A stretch of DNA of 64,000 bases from Williopsis jadinii (GCA_024346625.1 AP024665.1:1426001-1490000); one strand, 5' to 3'. Shown: positions 33,051 through 44,013, counted from the first letter of the stretch. Notes: generated by a model not told the origin, from the sequence alone. A program made the numbers and translations.

Positions 33051-34418
33051 ATGGCTTCTGCTGCTACTGCTCCAACTGCTGCTGCTACCACCGCTGCCCG
33101 TCCAGGCGAGGACACCTCCAACCCTGAGGAGCTCCTTGCCGGCTCCCACACGCTGCCATCGTCATGGTGGTTTTCTGAGGAGATCTTTGACCTGGAGAAG
33201 CGTGCCATCTTCATGAAGTCGTGGTTGTACACTGCGCACACCTCCACCTTTAAGAAGGCTGGAGACTACTACGCCTACAACTTCATGGGGATGCAATTCT
33301 TCCTCATCAAGAACAAGAAGGGCGAGATCAAGGCCTTCCACAACATCTGCCGTCACAGAGCGTACCCTGTGGTGAGAAAGCAAAAGGGCTCCTCCGTCGT
33401 GCTGGGCTGTCTCTACCACGGCTGGTCCTACAACACCGACGGTGACCTTACAAAGGCCCCACAGTTCGAGAACGTCACCGACTTTGACAAGACAGAGAAC
33501 GGATTGTACCCAATCCGCACCCATGTCACTGACCAGGGTCTGATCTTCATCAACTTTGACAACTCGCCAGAAGGCCCAATGCCATTTGGCGAGTTCTTCA
33601 AGGGCCTTGAGGAGGAATTCCACGAGTTCGACTTCAGCGACTACGAGTACCACATGTCGTACGAGCTGGATGGTGAGTTCAACTGGAAGACGTTGATGGA
33701 CGGCTACATGGAGTGCTACCACTGTCCAACTGCCCACCCTGGCCTGTCCCAAGCTTTCCACATGAACACCTACAACGTCATTCCAAAAGGCCGTTACGCT
33801 CGTCACTTCTGTGAGATCAAGCGTAATGAGGCTGCTCAGCCAGAGCCAAAGAAGGAGGAATCAAAGGGCTGGTTCGGCTTCGGCAAGCCACAAGAGGTCC
33901 AGGACAAGGTTGAAGAGAAGAAGAACGTTGGTGGTGAGTTTGATGGCTTGTGGATGTACCTGTTCCCAACCAACGGTATCAACTGCTACTCACCAGCCTG
34001 GTACTCCATCAGAGTGTTGCCAATCTCTCCATCCCACACAATCTTGCAATACGACATCTTCACCAAGAAGGGCTTGCCAGAGGCTGAGAAGAAGGAGTTT
34101 GTTGACTTCTTGCAACAGGTTGAGATCGAGGACTTTGACCTCTGTGTGAAGACTCAGAAGAACTTGAACCAAGGCCTGTACTCCACTGGCTTCCTTCACC
34201 CACAGAAGGAGAGAGGTGTTGTGTTTTACCAGAACCTGGTTAAGGACATGGTGAAGGAGCACTTTGCGAAGGAACAGGAAGCTGGCCACCAGATAAACCC
34301 AGCAAAGCTTGGTGCTGATAAAGGTGGTGCGGAAACCGATGAGCTCGAGCACATCTGTAAGAGCTTGGAGTGTCAAGGCTCTAACCCGGAGACCTTTGCC
34401 AAGGAGTTGAACTGGTGA
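33051..34418 (+). CDS. CMO1: Rieske non-heme iron oxygenase alpha subunit, choline monooxygenase-like
   Basis: Rieske motif CRHR-x-GCLYHGW, mononuclear Fe motif NWK...DGYMECYHCPTAH, EIEDFDLC; TATATAAG at 32945. Substrate inferred from family resemblance only. Confidence 0.8.
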   Translation: MASAATAPTAAATTAARPGEDTSNPEELLAGSHTLPSSWWFSEEIFDLEKRAIFMKSWLYTAHTSTFKKAGDYYAYNFMGMQFFLIKNKKGEIKAFHNICRHRAYPVVRKQKGSSVVLGCLYHGWSYNTDGDLTKAPQFENVTDFDKTENGLYPIRTHVTDQGLIFINFDNSPEGPMPFGEFFKGLEEEFHEFDFSDYEYHMSYELDGEFNWKTLMDGYMECYHCPTAHPGLSQAFHMNTYNVIPKGRYARHFCEIKRNEAAQPEPKKEESKGWFGFGKPQEVQDKVEEKKNVGGEFDGLWMYLFPTNGINCYSPAWYSIRVLPISPSHTILQYDIFTKKGLPEAEKKEFVDFLQQVEIEDFDLCVKTQKNLNQGLYSTGFLHPQKERGVVFYQNLVKDMVKEHFAKEQEAGHQINPAKLGADKGGAETDELEHICKSLECQGSNPETFAKELNW

Positions 34419-34522
34419 TCTATCATACTATGTGGTTGATTGCTGTGGAGTATATTATTATATAGCTGGTTTTTCTATATGGTTGTCGATACATATTTAT
34501 CTTGTTATGTCCTGTAGTTTGC

Positions 34523-34689
34523 ATCAGTTGATGGAGCTCAGTTGATGAAGCTCAGTGACTGATCATAAAGCACATTGATCATAAAGCTCATTGATTAATT
34601 TTAGAGCTCATGAATCAACTGTAGAGCTCATCAATCACTTCAAGCTCCATTGACTCATCTCAGCGCATCAATCACTTCAAAGCTCATCC
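34523..34689. repeat. Degenerate tandem/inverted repeats with an AGCTCA/TGAT core between the CMO1 and SCJ1 3' ends
   Basis: cagttgatggagct cagttgatgaagct; tgatcataaagcaca/tgatcataaagctca; catcaatcacttcaa twice. Confidence 0.7.
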
Positions 34690-35795
34690 CTCAGGTACTT
34701 CGCCTTGTTGCTTGCCCCTCCTGGCATCACAACAACGTAATCAATGACCAAATCACCAAACTCTTCGGCGTGGTGATCTGGCCGTGGCATCCCCTTGCCC
34801 TTTATAACCTCGATCTCTCCACTCATAACGCTCTTGCCCGAAGGTCTTGATAGGGTGATGTTTTCGTCATCAAAGAACATCAATTCACGTCTCCAGCCAC
34901 CAGCCACTGCCTCCTTAAGCGTCAAGGCCTCGGTTCTGTATAAGTTGTCACCACGTCTTCTGTAGCCGTAGGACTCCTTCCCACTTTCTCTCACCAAAAT
35001 CTTCAAATCACCACTCACATGGTCTGGAGAATGGTTGCTTTCGCCTGATAGCACATGGACGTGGTCTCTACTGGTGCCTGGCTCCACGAAGATGTCATAC
35101 TGTCTTTTACCACGCACAACACCTTGTCCGTTACAGGTGGAACACTTATGCTGGATTGTCTTGCCCTTGCCGTGGCATTGATCACAGGTGGTCTGGATCT
35201 GCTGGAACATCCCTGGCGCCAGCTGTCTCTTGACGATCCTGACTCCACTCCCGTTACACGTGCTACACGTATGGGTCTTGTTGTCCTTCGAGCCTGTTCC
35301 AGAACAGGTCCCACAGAGGTTTTGCATCTCCACGGTGAACTGGAAGGTCTCACCGAGATAGAAGTCCTTCAGCGAGACATCCACCGCCACTTCGGTATCT
35401 GAGCCTCGTGGCTTCTGATTACGCTGCTGCTGCTGCTGCTGGTGTCTTCCAAAGCCAAAGAAGTCACCAAAAGGGTCAAACCCTCCACCACCACCACCAC
35501 CACGGCCACCTTGTCCGCCGTTCTTCAGCCCATCCGCACCGTACCGATCATACACACCACGCTTCTCGTCGTCGCTCAGCACCTCGTACGCCTCTCCGAT
35601 CTCAATGAACTTCTGGTGAGCCTCCTCGTTCCCAGGGTTCTTATCCGGGTGGTACTTCTTCGACAGGTTGCGGTACGCAGACTTGATCTCCTTCTCAGAC
35701 GCCTGCTTAGACACCCCCAGCACGCCGTAGTAGTCGATCTCACACGTCACGACTGTCAGCAGCACCGTGAACAGGGCCAAGATGTTCCACTTCAT
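34677..35795 (-). CDS. SCJ1: ER-lumenal DnaJ co-chaperone
   Basis: Signal peptide, J domain with HPD, G/F region, CxxCxGxG repeats, C-terminal RDEL. Confidence 0.93.
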   Translation of the reverse strand: MKWNILALFTVLLTVVTCEIDYYGVLGVSKQASEKEIKSAYRNLSKKYHPDKNPGNEEAHQKFIEIGEAYEVLSDDEKRGVYDRYGADGLKNGGQGGRGGGGGGGFDPFGDFFGFGRHQQQQQQRNQKPRGSDTEVAVDVSLKDFYLGETFQFTVEMQNLCGTCSGTGSKDNKTHTCSTCNGSGVRIVKRQLAPGMFQQIQTTCDQCHGKGKTIQHKCSTCNGQGVVRGKRQYDIFVEPGTSRDHVHVLSGESNHSPDHVSGDLKILVRESGKESYGYRRRGDNLYRTEALTLKEAVAGGWRRELMFFDDENITLSRPSGKSVMSGEIEVIKGKGMPRPDHHAEEFGDLVIDYVVVMPGGASNKAKYLRDEL

Positions 35796-36019
35796 CGTTG
35801 TTCTTGCTCTTTAGGCTGCCTTCTGGCCCCCGTTGCGTGCAATGTTGAGATGATGTGTATGTGTCGTTTTCATCTCCGGGCGGTGGATGCTGAGCGCCCG
35901 GTTTGTACCGTTGTTGCCCTGGCAACCGGGATACGATTGAAATTTTTCACCTCATCACCGAGATGCGATGAGCTTATCAACCTCATGGCTGCTGTGTATG
36001 AGGTGAGAGGGCATAGAAG

Positions 36020-37399
36020 ATGCGGGAGATTGTCACTGTATCGCAGTCTCAGAGGAGCAACCACCTGGCGACGCAGTTCTACAACTGCCAGGACTCGTTG
36101 ATTGAGTATTCGAGGTGGAAGGAGTCGAGAAACGACCCTCTGGTGCACTTCCGTGCGACGGTGACGGCGTCCACGATCTCTTTCAATCCACGGGCGCTGC
36201 TGTGGGAGCTGAGTGGTGGCTACGGTGCGCTGGGACAGTACGAGTACTTTGGTGGTGACTGTGGTGACTGTGGCGAGGAATTGGAGCAGAGGCACGAGTC
36301 AATTGTGCGGAAGCCGGTGGTGAAGAGTGCGTACCAGGTTGCGCTTGATAACGGTACACAGGCCCCGAAACTGACGAGGGAGTCGACCAGGTACTGGTCT
36401 GACTACTCCAGGGTGATCTACGAGCCTAATTCGTTCAGTACTCTAACCAATTGGGAGTTTGACCCTGATGAATGCCCTGAAGGCCGGCTGGCGATGGGGA
36501 AAGAGAGGTCGTTCAAGGGGTTCGACGTGGGAGTGGAAGAATGGGCCAATGTTGGAGAGGACTTCCTGGAGGACAAGCTCAGGGTGTCCCTGGAGCATTG
36601 TGATCTGCTCAATGGGCTGAATATCGTCACAGAGCTCGACTCGTCGTGGGGAGCGTTCTCCTCTGAGCTTGTAGAGGCGATCAGAGACGATTATAGTCCG
36701 AAAAGCTCTATAGTGACATGGGCCATCCACAAGCCTGGCTCACACAAGCTGGCTCTCCAGGAACGTCTTGATAGAATCAAGACGTTCATGGCATTACAAA
36801 GAAGCTGTACAGCCTTTATACCCTTGTCAGAGATGGATCAAGAAAGTATGTGGATAAGTGCAGCTATTCAGTGTATTCCATTTGACACTTTCCAGACGAT
36901 GAACTCAGAAAAGGCACAGGCTGGAATGAATTTCCATACTATGCTACAGTCACTGTCACTGGGATCAGATCGTCACTTGGTGTCTGGAGTCAATGCCACC
37001 AACGGTGATGATGCCTGGCAATTCAGTGATTTGCTCTACAACGGTGAGGACAGTGGGCATAGGTTCAGTGAGATGAGCATCACCAGGCCTGCCAGCGATG
37101 GCTCTTCACTGGATCACCAACCAGAGGAGGTTGATAGAACAACTACTAATTATACCATGGAACAGTGCTTCAATCCACCTGATTCTTATCCTGAAGGGCT
37201 GATATCCTCTGAGCATCCTATGAGAGTGACATTCAGCGTAGATAAATCAACGAGGGCCAAGCTGGTCGACATGAGGAAATGTGTCGAACGTCTCATCCGT
37301 CATGGTGATGAGAGACATGATCTGGTGGATGAGCTGGATACACTGGCTCAAAGGTATGAGCATGGCTGGGAAGACGACGAAGAGGACTTTGACGATTGA
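36020..37399 (+). CDS. DML1: Misato/tubulin-FtsZ-like protein
   Basis: MREIVTV...NHLATQFYNCQ, PRALLWELSGGYGALG, RYWSDY, LEHCDLLNGLN. Confidence 0.9.
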   Translation: MREIVTVSQSQRSNHLATQFYNCQDSLIEYSRWKESRNDPLVHFRATVTASTISFNPRALLWELSGGYGALGQYEYFGGDCGDCGEELEQRHESIVRKPVVKSAYQVALDNGTQAPKLTRESTRYWSDYSRVIYEPNSFSTLTNWEFDPDECPEGRLAMGKERSFKGFDVGVEEWANVGEDFLEDKLRVSLEHCDLLNGLNIVTELDSSWGAFSSELVEAIRDDYSPKSSIVTWAIHKPGSHKLALQERLDRIKTFMALQRSCTAFIPLSEMDQESMWISAAIQCIPFDTFQTMNSEKAQAGMNFHTMLQSLSLGSDRHLVSGVNATNGDDAWQFSDLLYNGEDSGHRFSEMSITRPASDGSSLDHQPEEVDRTTTNYTMEQCFNPPDSYPEGLISSEHPMRVTFSVDKSTRAKLVDMRKCVERLIRHGDERHDLVDELDTLAQRYEHGWEDDEEDFDD

Positions 37400-37549
37400 C
37401 CTCTGTCAATTGTAATCACCAGGTGTTCCACCACTTACAACACATAGCCTAATACACGGTTCCTTTAGATCATGGACGTTACATTAGTAATACATACAAC
37501 CAGCGAATCAAGCTGGTCCCCCTTCCCTTCCAGTTTTATAGTAACAGTT

Positions 37550-38251
37550 TTACATTTCCCAGTCGCAATCAATGTCAGCATCCTCGTGAGAATGATCATA
37601 CAGGGAATAGTTCACATTCACTATATTCTCCTCGTGTAAATGATAGCTCCTGTTGATCTCTCTGTACCCTTCTATCATGTAGGATTCAACCTCTACTGAT
37701 GGAGAAGGTGAAGGAATCATCGGCACGCTTTCCCTTACCTGCTTCTCCTCGGGCGCAGGCGCAAAGGTGCTCAAGTTTATATCGTTGTCCAGCGTTGCCT
37801 TTTCACTCTTTCCCTCCTTAATCACCTTAATCATGCCGAAGGGACTCTGTTGAACCACGCCGCCTTGTGGTAGCTGGAAGATTGGCCAATCACAGCGCAC
37901 TGGCTCTTGAGATCCTGGCTCATCCTCAGCAGTAACCGCGTGTCTCAGCTTCTTCGTCACACCACCATCATCATCACGCTTCCGTTTCTGTACTCGCTTG
38001 CTCTGTCTATGGGCAGTCGGGCTCTGGTGGTACGAGCTGGTGACTGTGCCGTGGTGAAGCTGATGGTGCTGATGGCTTGTGCTGAGAGGTGACTGTGGCA
38101 GTGAATGCGGATACTGGTGTTGGTACGACTGAGACTGTGGAGACGGTGAGTAGTGCGACACCGTCGGTGAGAACAGCTGCGTGTTCTCCATGAACCACGC
38201 GTCCTGTGACACCATATCAGGACGTGGTGATGAATGGTCGAGGAAGAGCAT
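37550..38251 (-). CDS. Hypothetical Ser/His/Gln-rich, probably disordered protein with an NLS-like KRVQKRKR
   Basis: 233-aa ATG-initiated ORF filling the interval between DML1 and the next gene; no recognised domain. Confidence 0.6.
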   Translation of the reverse strand: MLFLDHSSPRPDMVSQDAWFMENTQLFSPTVSHYSPSPQSQSYQHQYPHSLPQSPLSTSHQHHQLHHGTVTSSYHQSPTAHRQSKRVQKRKRDDDGGVTKKLRHAVTAEDEPGSQEPVRCDWPIFQLPQGGVVQQSPFGMIKVIKEGKSEKATLDNDINLSTFAPAPEEKQVRESVPMIPSPSPSVEVESYMIEGYREINRSYHLHEENIVNVNYSLYDHSHEDADIDCDWEM

Positions 38252-38774
38252 TCTATATGAGAGGATCTGGCCCTGGATGATGAGACTTGTCTAACGAGAT
38301 ATGGATATACACAGCCACACACCACTTTGGAGTCCAAGTACGAGGTCTCAGACAGTGAGAAGGAATGGGAATGTATAGCTGAAGCAGAGAAAGAGAAGTG
38401 AGTGGAAGGAGAGAGAGGAAGAAGCCCTCGGTGGTGCTGCTACTGGTGATGTTTGCGGGTGTCTGGATGTACCGTTTTGGCTTTGTTTATCTGCTTCCCA
38501 AAGCGGACGTTGGGGGGGGGGGAGAGGGGATGATTATGTAAGCAGACAGTACTGTGGTGTGCGGGTGTGTAGGCTTATGTAAGCATGCGGCATTGTGATG
38601 TTCGGGTGTTCTCGTGTGGCGAGGGTCATCTCGTGGTGTCCGGGTGTTTTGCACCATCTCTTTGTGCTTTCTCTGTTTTCTTCTACCTCACTCTGCTCTG
38701 CTAAGGCCATAGCCTTCTAAGCAAACTCACGTTCACTGTTCTCTCTCTCTCGTGGGCGCTCAGCACCTTGAAAT

Positions 38775-39341
38775 ATGAACGATGATGCCATAACAACCGA
38801 GTTCAAGAACGCTGCCAGGTCTGTGGCGGCTCTGTATAAGCTGTCGACGCTGAACAGTGCGGCGATGAAGTCACAAGGGTACCTTGAATGCCTTGAAGAT
38901 CTATTGATGGTGATCAAATCTAACGAAGACGTCCAGGAGTGGGCGCTGCGGAAGAAACTACAGCTGGAATGTGCCACTGGCCTGCCGGCCAGTCACGATA
39001 CGGATGTACGAGGACAGCATGATACTGCAAAGGGCTCGGAGTCTACCCCGGCTGCCACTTCCTCATCGCTCGTGATTCCAGATGACTATAGCTTCACCAT
39101 GGAGTCTTCGCCTGGTTGTCATAAGTTCCCGCCCTCCAATCCGATACTGAGCGTAGAAAGACGGAATTCTCGTGTAAAGAAAGACCACCGACGGTTGAAA
39201 CAGGTTGATAGTGACCTCAGCAGCGTTGATGAGACTGCTGCCTTGAAAGACACCGAGTTGGGCTATGAGCAGAGGGACGAGGATTCACTAAAGAGAAAGG
39301 CATTCATCGAGAGCTATGGCAATAAGAAAACAAAGCATTAG
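38775..39341 (+). CDS. YJR056C/HAPSTR1 (C16orf72)-family protein
   Basis: EFKNAARSVAALYK...QGYLECLEDLL...EWALRKK resembles the recalled N-terminal domain of yeast YJR056C; basic C-terminal NLS-like tail. Confidence 0.7.
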   Translation: MNDDAITTEFKNAARSVAALYKLSTLNSAAMKSQGYLECLEDLLMVIKSNEDVQEWALRKKLQLECATGLPASHDTDVRGQHDTAKGSESTPAATSSSLVIPDDYSFTMESSPGCHKFPPSNPILSVERRNSRVKKDHRRLKQVDSDLSSVDETAALKDTELGYEQRDEDSLKRKAFIESYGNKKTKH

Positions 39342-39540
39342 GACGCTCTATTTGATCACGAACTGGTACCCCAATATCAACATCTCTGGGATACGCTACA
39401 ATACTTAATCAGTCGCATATATAAGTAGCTTTATACTTGTACGAATACACGAACTCCATAACATCAAACCAAAATATACCAATCAAAGCTGACATGTATA
39501 CAATACCCATCCTTCGGGCTTCAAGGAGAGTCCCCGTGGA

Positions 39541-40692
39541 TCAACTGTTCTTCCAGATGTTTTCGAAATAATGCTTAACGTATGCTAAAGGATGGTCTTC
39601 ATCCTGAGCCCCCATGGTGCCAATACCAGGACTAAAGCTCGTGATTGGTAAAACGAGGATATCACTCATCAGTTTTGGAACTGTAAGCTTTGTGAAATCC
39701 TTCCATGTGACTTTGGAGAAGATACCACTTTGAACATAATCGTTGAAATAGGTAAACACAACATCGGTCCAAATACCGGCACCGGTCCATTCCAGGATGT
39801 CCAAGTTGTTATCAACTACTAACTCCTCGTTGTTCTTCTTCTGTAATGTAATCTCTGTGATCTTTGCAACAACTTCTCTCAAAATTGGGTGTCCAGGTTT
39901 GGCTTGGATGACCCATTGACAGAATTGTAATCTTCTTGCATAGGTCTTTCTCCAGTCAGGGGTATCAGGGTCAGATTCAATACCGATTATCATGCCGATT
40001 TCATTAGGAGAAACGTTCTCAGGAATCCAATTTGGCACTGGCTGGAGAGGTAAGGTATCAACATCTGCATAGATTCCACCACGTGCAAGCAACAACAGAT
40101 ATCTAAAGAAGTCCATCTTGAGCACAATCGAAGGCAAGGCTTCATAGGCCTCAATCACTTCAGGGATTGTCACGTATAGATAGTGAATGATTGCATGTGA
40201 GGTATCATCGTTGAACAGCTCATGGACAAAACCAGGGTTCTTAACAGCCCACTGCATCTCACCTTCTTTGAACTTCTCCCCAAATCTATCATCATTCAGA
40301 CCGTACTTCCAACTTTGCCAGATATAAGCAGGGAACTTCTTGCTCTGGTCGTACGGGAACAAGAATGCCAGCTTCTCCCTCAAGGTAGAATCAGCAGGAG
40401 GACGACGCAACTCTTGGATCTTCTTCTCGAGAACTTTACGATCAGCCTCCAGCTGTGAGATACGCTCGTCCTGTTGTTTCACCAGCCTGTCGGCGATCTG
40501 CTCAAGCTTATCCGCAAGCTGGTTCTCCCTATTGGAGCTCAACCCAAGCATGTTTTCATTTGGAATCTGCTTCAGAACCTCTTGAAGATCAGGGGCAGAC
40601 GTCTTGGATAACTTGTAAAGAACACCCACAATCGTCAGCAGTGAAACCACCACCACAATCAGCCTCTTCATCGGATTCAATAGCCCAACCAT
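39541..40692 (-). CDS. HOC1: Golgi alpha-1,6-mannosyltransferase, GT32 OCH1/HOC1 family
   Basis: Type II membrane anchor, FPAYIWQSWK, DFFRYLLLLARGGIYADVD (DxD), QFCQW, WTGAGIWTD. Which paralogue it is remains uncertain. Confidence 0.7.
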   Translation of the reverse strand: MVGLLNPMKRLIVVVVSLLTIVGVLYKLSKTSAPDLQEVLKQIPNENMLGLSSNRENQLADKLEQIADRLVKQQDERISQLEADRKVLEKKIQELRRPPADSTLREKLAFLFPYDQSKKFPAYIWQSWKYGLNDDRFGEKFKEGEMQWAVKNPGFVHELFNDDTSHAIIHYLYVTIPEVIEAYEALPSIVLKMDFFRYLLLLARGGIYADVDTLPLQPVPNWIPENVSPNEIGMIIGIESDPDTPDWRKTYARRLQFCQWVIQAKPGHPILREVVAKITEITLQKKNNEELVVDNNLDILEWTGAGIWTDVVFTYFNDYVQSGIFSKVTWKDFTKLTVPKLMSDILVLPITSFSPGIGTMGAQDEDHPLAYVKHYFENIWKNS

Positions 40693-41010
40693 TATGAATT
40701 AACAGCACTTAGCGGTCTCTATAACGTCCCTTCGCCGTGGTCTTAAACGTTTGGCAAAATGTAAACAAATTTTCGATTCGATCGACTAAAGATGAAAAAC
40801 TGAAATCAAACGCGCACGCGCTCATAATCTACAAACACCTGGACACCATCACTACACACTATCAGAGGGTCAATATACCAATGCAAAAGACATTTGATTC
40901 TAGTAGAATGGGGTTTTTTTGGTATGTATGAGTGTTATTTTGGAAAGGCACTTCTCTGTCTATGTATAAGGATCGTTACACTGGTAAACTCGCTCGTATG
41001 GTGGAGCCCA

Positions 41011-44000
41011 TCATGACTTCAACTGTATGACAAATTGAACAAAGTACTTCTTGAATGCCTTTGGGTCCAAATTAGCCAGATTTTGGATCAAATCATCACC
41101 AACGTTCTGGGGAAGTTGGATACGTGGGAAATAGATCTCCCTGAGGTACTGTACCAGGTCTTGCTGCTTGACGGTGAACAAAGTCTTCAAGATCTGTGCC
41201 AACTCATCCACGACAAATCTATACTGGGCGTCTTTGACGTCGAATTTAGCGTTTTGAAATGGAATCTCGAAACTGAGGTTGACCAAGTTCTCCAGTAGGA
41301 AAGATGAGATGCCCTGAATGGTTAATCCCGTGGCATATTTGTCCTTGGAATCGTTGACAGTATCGTTACCGAAAATGGTGGTGAAATTCTCCAAAGCTGT
41401 GAGGGAAAATTTGGCAACTTGAAGGTCCTCCAAGTTGTTTGCATCCAGCAGCAGACTTTGCAAAATTGTTGGTAAATTGGACTTGTTCGTCTCTGTGATC
41501 AACAAACTTGAAACGTTGTTTGTTTGAAGTGCTATTAGAAGTGAGATGTATGCCTTCTTTAGGAACGACTTCTCCCTGATGATATCCGGCATTAACTCAT
41601 AAACGTTGTTCTCACCTTTGTCGTTAACCATTTGGAATACTTTATCAGAGAGTGGCGTGAACAAATCGTTGAGCAACTGATAGATGAGATCATCCTTGTT
41701 GAAATTGTGAACAATTTGCCCAATAAATCCAAGGAAATCGGTCAGCTCGCTAAACTTCAAGTTGTTTGAGGCCAAAATGATAGAAATAAGACGCGAAAGG
41801 TAAGTATTGATACTTGACTTTAGAATTGGAATGAATCTTGCAAACGAAAATCTGGCAGCGTCTCTGATGCCCTCATTAGAGCTCAAATTCTCTAGAGTCA
41901 CCAAAACAACCTCAGCAGTGTTTTTGAATCTCTCGATGATCTCAGCATTATAGACTTTGTTTGGTACAGTATCATACTCGAATCCTCTGGCAATGGTACC
42001 AATTGCCATTAAGAGATGGTGTGCTTGTAGTATTGTCTTTGGGCTTCTGTCGTTTGAAGAGATGATATTTTGCAAACTCAAGAAAATTGGGTTGAATAAC
42101 ATATCCATCAACTTCAACTTCATGCTGATATTGTCCTTGTTGTGCAATGAAATTAATAATCCCAAGGTTTCGAATAGGTACAACTGGTTGTCAAACCTCG
42201 AGGACGCTTCAACCAGTTCTGAATCATCATCCTTTTGAGGCAATTCAGCTTCGATCACAAGTAAAGTATGCGAAAGGTCAGTCACAAGTTCCTGGATAAG
42301 ATTATCGTTCAATTCAGGTTTGGTCAACTTGGCAAATCTAAAGAATAGATACCAACATCTCATCTGAACCATTTCGTTATTGTTGTGCAATCCTAATGAT
42401 ATAAACAAGTTGAGAATATGGCTGGTCAGCTCATCCTTGTTATTAGAACTGTTCAACAATGTGTAATGACGAACAATGAGTTCAAAGAAGAGCAGATGGA
42501 TTAATGGATGGTTTATTTGGATCACGTTAGAATTGATGGTTTTCAAGAGCATCTCTTGGAACATTAAGTACGGTTTAGAACCGATGATCTGTTGTTTTGG
42601 AATGTTCATGGTGTTCTGTCTCAAACTGTCTGAAAAGCTCGTCAATTCGTACAATCCTAGTTCCACTTGTCTCCAGTCTTGTCCGTTGGATTCAAATATG
42701 GATTGGTTAATAACAGCAAACATTTGTTCCATGTAGATATCTGGACATGTACTTGCAATAGTATCTTGGAAAACTCTGAGTCTTGCTCTAAACTCATTGA
42801 ACTCTTGGATTGTATCCTCATCTTCACCGTCATCATCATCATCAAATTTCATCTTCACTATGATCTTTTGTAGCAAAGTTGTAAGCAACTCCATATGTGT
42901 AGGTGAGATTTGACCACCGGATTGTTTCACTAATTTTTTCAATGCAGTTAGGAACGCTGACAAGAATGGGAACACCTGGCATGAAACATCATCGTACTCA
43001 TTCGACAGGAAATTCAAAATGAATGGCGAAACCGCAAGGATGCTTTCATTTGCAGCAGTTTTCGTATCTGGTGTGGCCTCGGAAGAATCCAATATATAAC
43101 TCAATTCCAATCCAATACTGTTGTACAACTTAGCAACGCTCTCCACTGTATCTATGTCACTTGAGTCGATGTTCAAAGAGGCAACCACGGAAGTCAAGTT
43201 CAACATCGACAACAACTGTAACTTGCCCTCTGGTTTCATCTTTTTGCTGATGATTTCAGTTAGGGTAATACAACAAGTGGACTTTTGTCCTTCCTTGTTT
43301 AGGAATTGTAGGATTGTGTTTATGTAATCGGATGGAATAATCAAGCTGATTTCAATCCAAGAAACGTAGGCACCAATCACTTGAAGACAACCTTTCAAGA
43401 TCTCCTGTGTTAGAGCAGAAGATCGATCTCTGAAATCTGTGAGGATGCGCTTCCAAACCAAGGCCAAATCAGCCATATCCGAGACCCTAATAGCATCTTT
43501 CAAGTTGTTATTTCTCTCTGTTGTTGTTCTTTCCCTAATGATCAATTGATCACCAATCTCCGAATGGATTGCCAAGAGGACCCTAACGTACTGATCCACC
43601 GCGATCTCATTCTCATTCTTGATCAACTGGTGGAAATCCGTGAAGAAGCTCGTCCACGACGTCAAGTAAGTTGCACAGAAGCTGGCTGCAAATGCTTCCG
43701 CAAGTTTGTTCTTCAGGAAAGCCGGATCGTACTTGTTGGCTGAAATCAGAGATTGCAAATACTCCAAGAGTGTGCTCCTTATGTACGAGGAGCTGTCTCC
43801 TTGCAAAGTTGGGATGTAATCGCACAGCGCCTGTAGTGCTACAAAGCGTACTTGATCGTTGTTGTTGACATCCTTCAACAGCAGTGCAAACGCTTGCCAT
43901 CCATCTGGCGAGTTCTTGAGATCGTTCAAAAACTGGATCGCCTGTTGTTTCAGTTGGAAGTCAGCGGTACCACCAATGGCTATCTCCACTGCTTGCTTGA

Positions 44001-44013
44001 TTTGCTCGTCCAT
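41011..44013 (-). CDS. LOS1: Exportin-T (tRNA export karyopherin)
   Basis: Likely start MDEQIKQAVEIA at 44013. FLKNKLA, IHSEIGD...RNNNLKDAIR, IISKKMKP, RCWYLFFRF, QLYLFE. Confidence 0.92.
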   Translation of the reverse strand: MDEQIKQAVEIAIGGTADFQLKQQAIQFLNDLKNSPDGWQAFALLLKDVNNNDQVRFVALQALCDYIPTLQGDSSSYIRSTLLEYLQSLISANKYDPAFLKNKLAEAFAASFCATYLTSWTSFFTDFHQLIKNENEIAVDQYVRVLLAIHSEIGDQLIIRERTTTERNNNLKDAIRVSDMADLALVWKRILTDFRDRSSALTQEILKGCLQVIGAYVSWIEISLIIPSDYINTILQFLNKEGQKSTCCITLTEIISKKMKPEGKLQLLSMLNLTSVVASLNIDSSDIDTVESVAKLYNSIGLELSYILDSSEATPDTKTAANESILAVSPFILNFLSNEYDDVSCQVFPFLSAFLTALKKLVKQSGGQISPTHMELLTTLLQKIIVKMKFDDDDDGEDEDTIQEFNEFRARLRVFQDTIASTCPDIYMEQMFAVINQSIFESNGQDWRQVELGLYELTSFSDSLRQNTMNIPKQQIIGSKPYLMFQEMLLKTINSNVIQINHPLIHLLFFELIVRHYTLLNSSNNKDELTSHILNLFISLGLHNNNEMVQMRCWYLFFRFAKLTKPELNDNLIQELVTDLSHTLLVIEAELPQKDDDSELVEASSRFDNQLYLFETLGLLISLHNKDNISMKLKLMDMLFNPIFLSLQNIISSNDRSPKTILQAHHLLMAIGTIARGFEYDTVPNKVYNAEIIERFKNTAEVVLVTLENLSSNEGIRDAARFSFARFIPILKSSINTYLSRLISIILASNNLKFSELTDFLGFIGQIVHNFNKDDLIYQLLNDLFTPLSDKVFQMVNDKGENNVYELMPDIIREKSFLKKAYISLLIALQTNNVSSLLITETNKSNLPTILQSLLLDANNLEDLQVAKFSLTALENFTTIFGNDTVNDSKDKYATGLTIQGISSFLLENLVNLSFEIPFQNAKFDVKDAQYRFVVDELAQILKTLFTVKQQDLVQYLREIYFPRIQLPQNVGDDLIQNLANLDPKAFKKYFVQFVIQLKS

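Noticed and set aside
32498..33247. 249-aa minus-strand ORF over the CMO1 promoter
   Set aside because: Low-complexity, overlaps the CMO1 5' end and TATA box, no domain.
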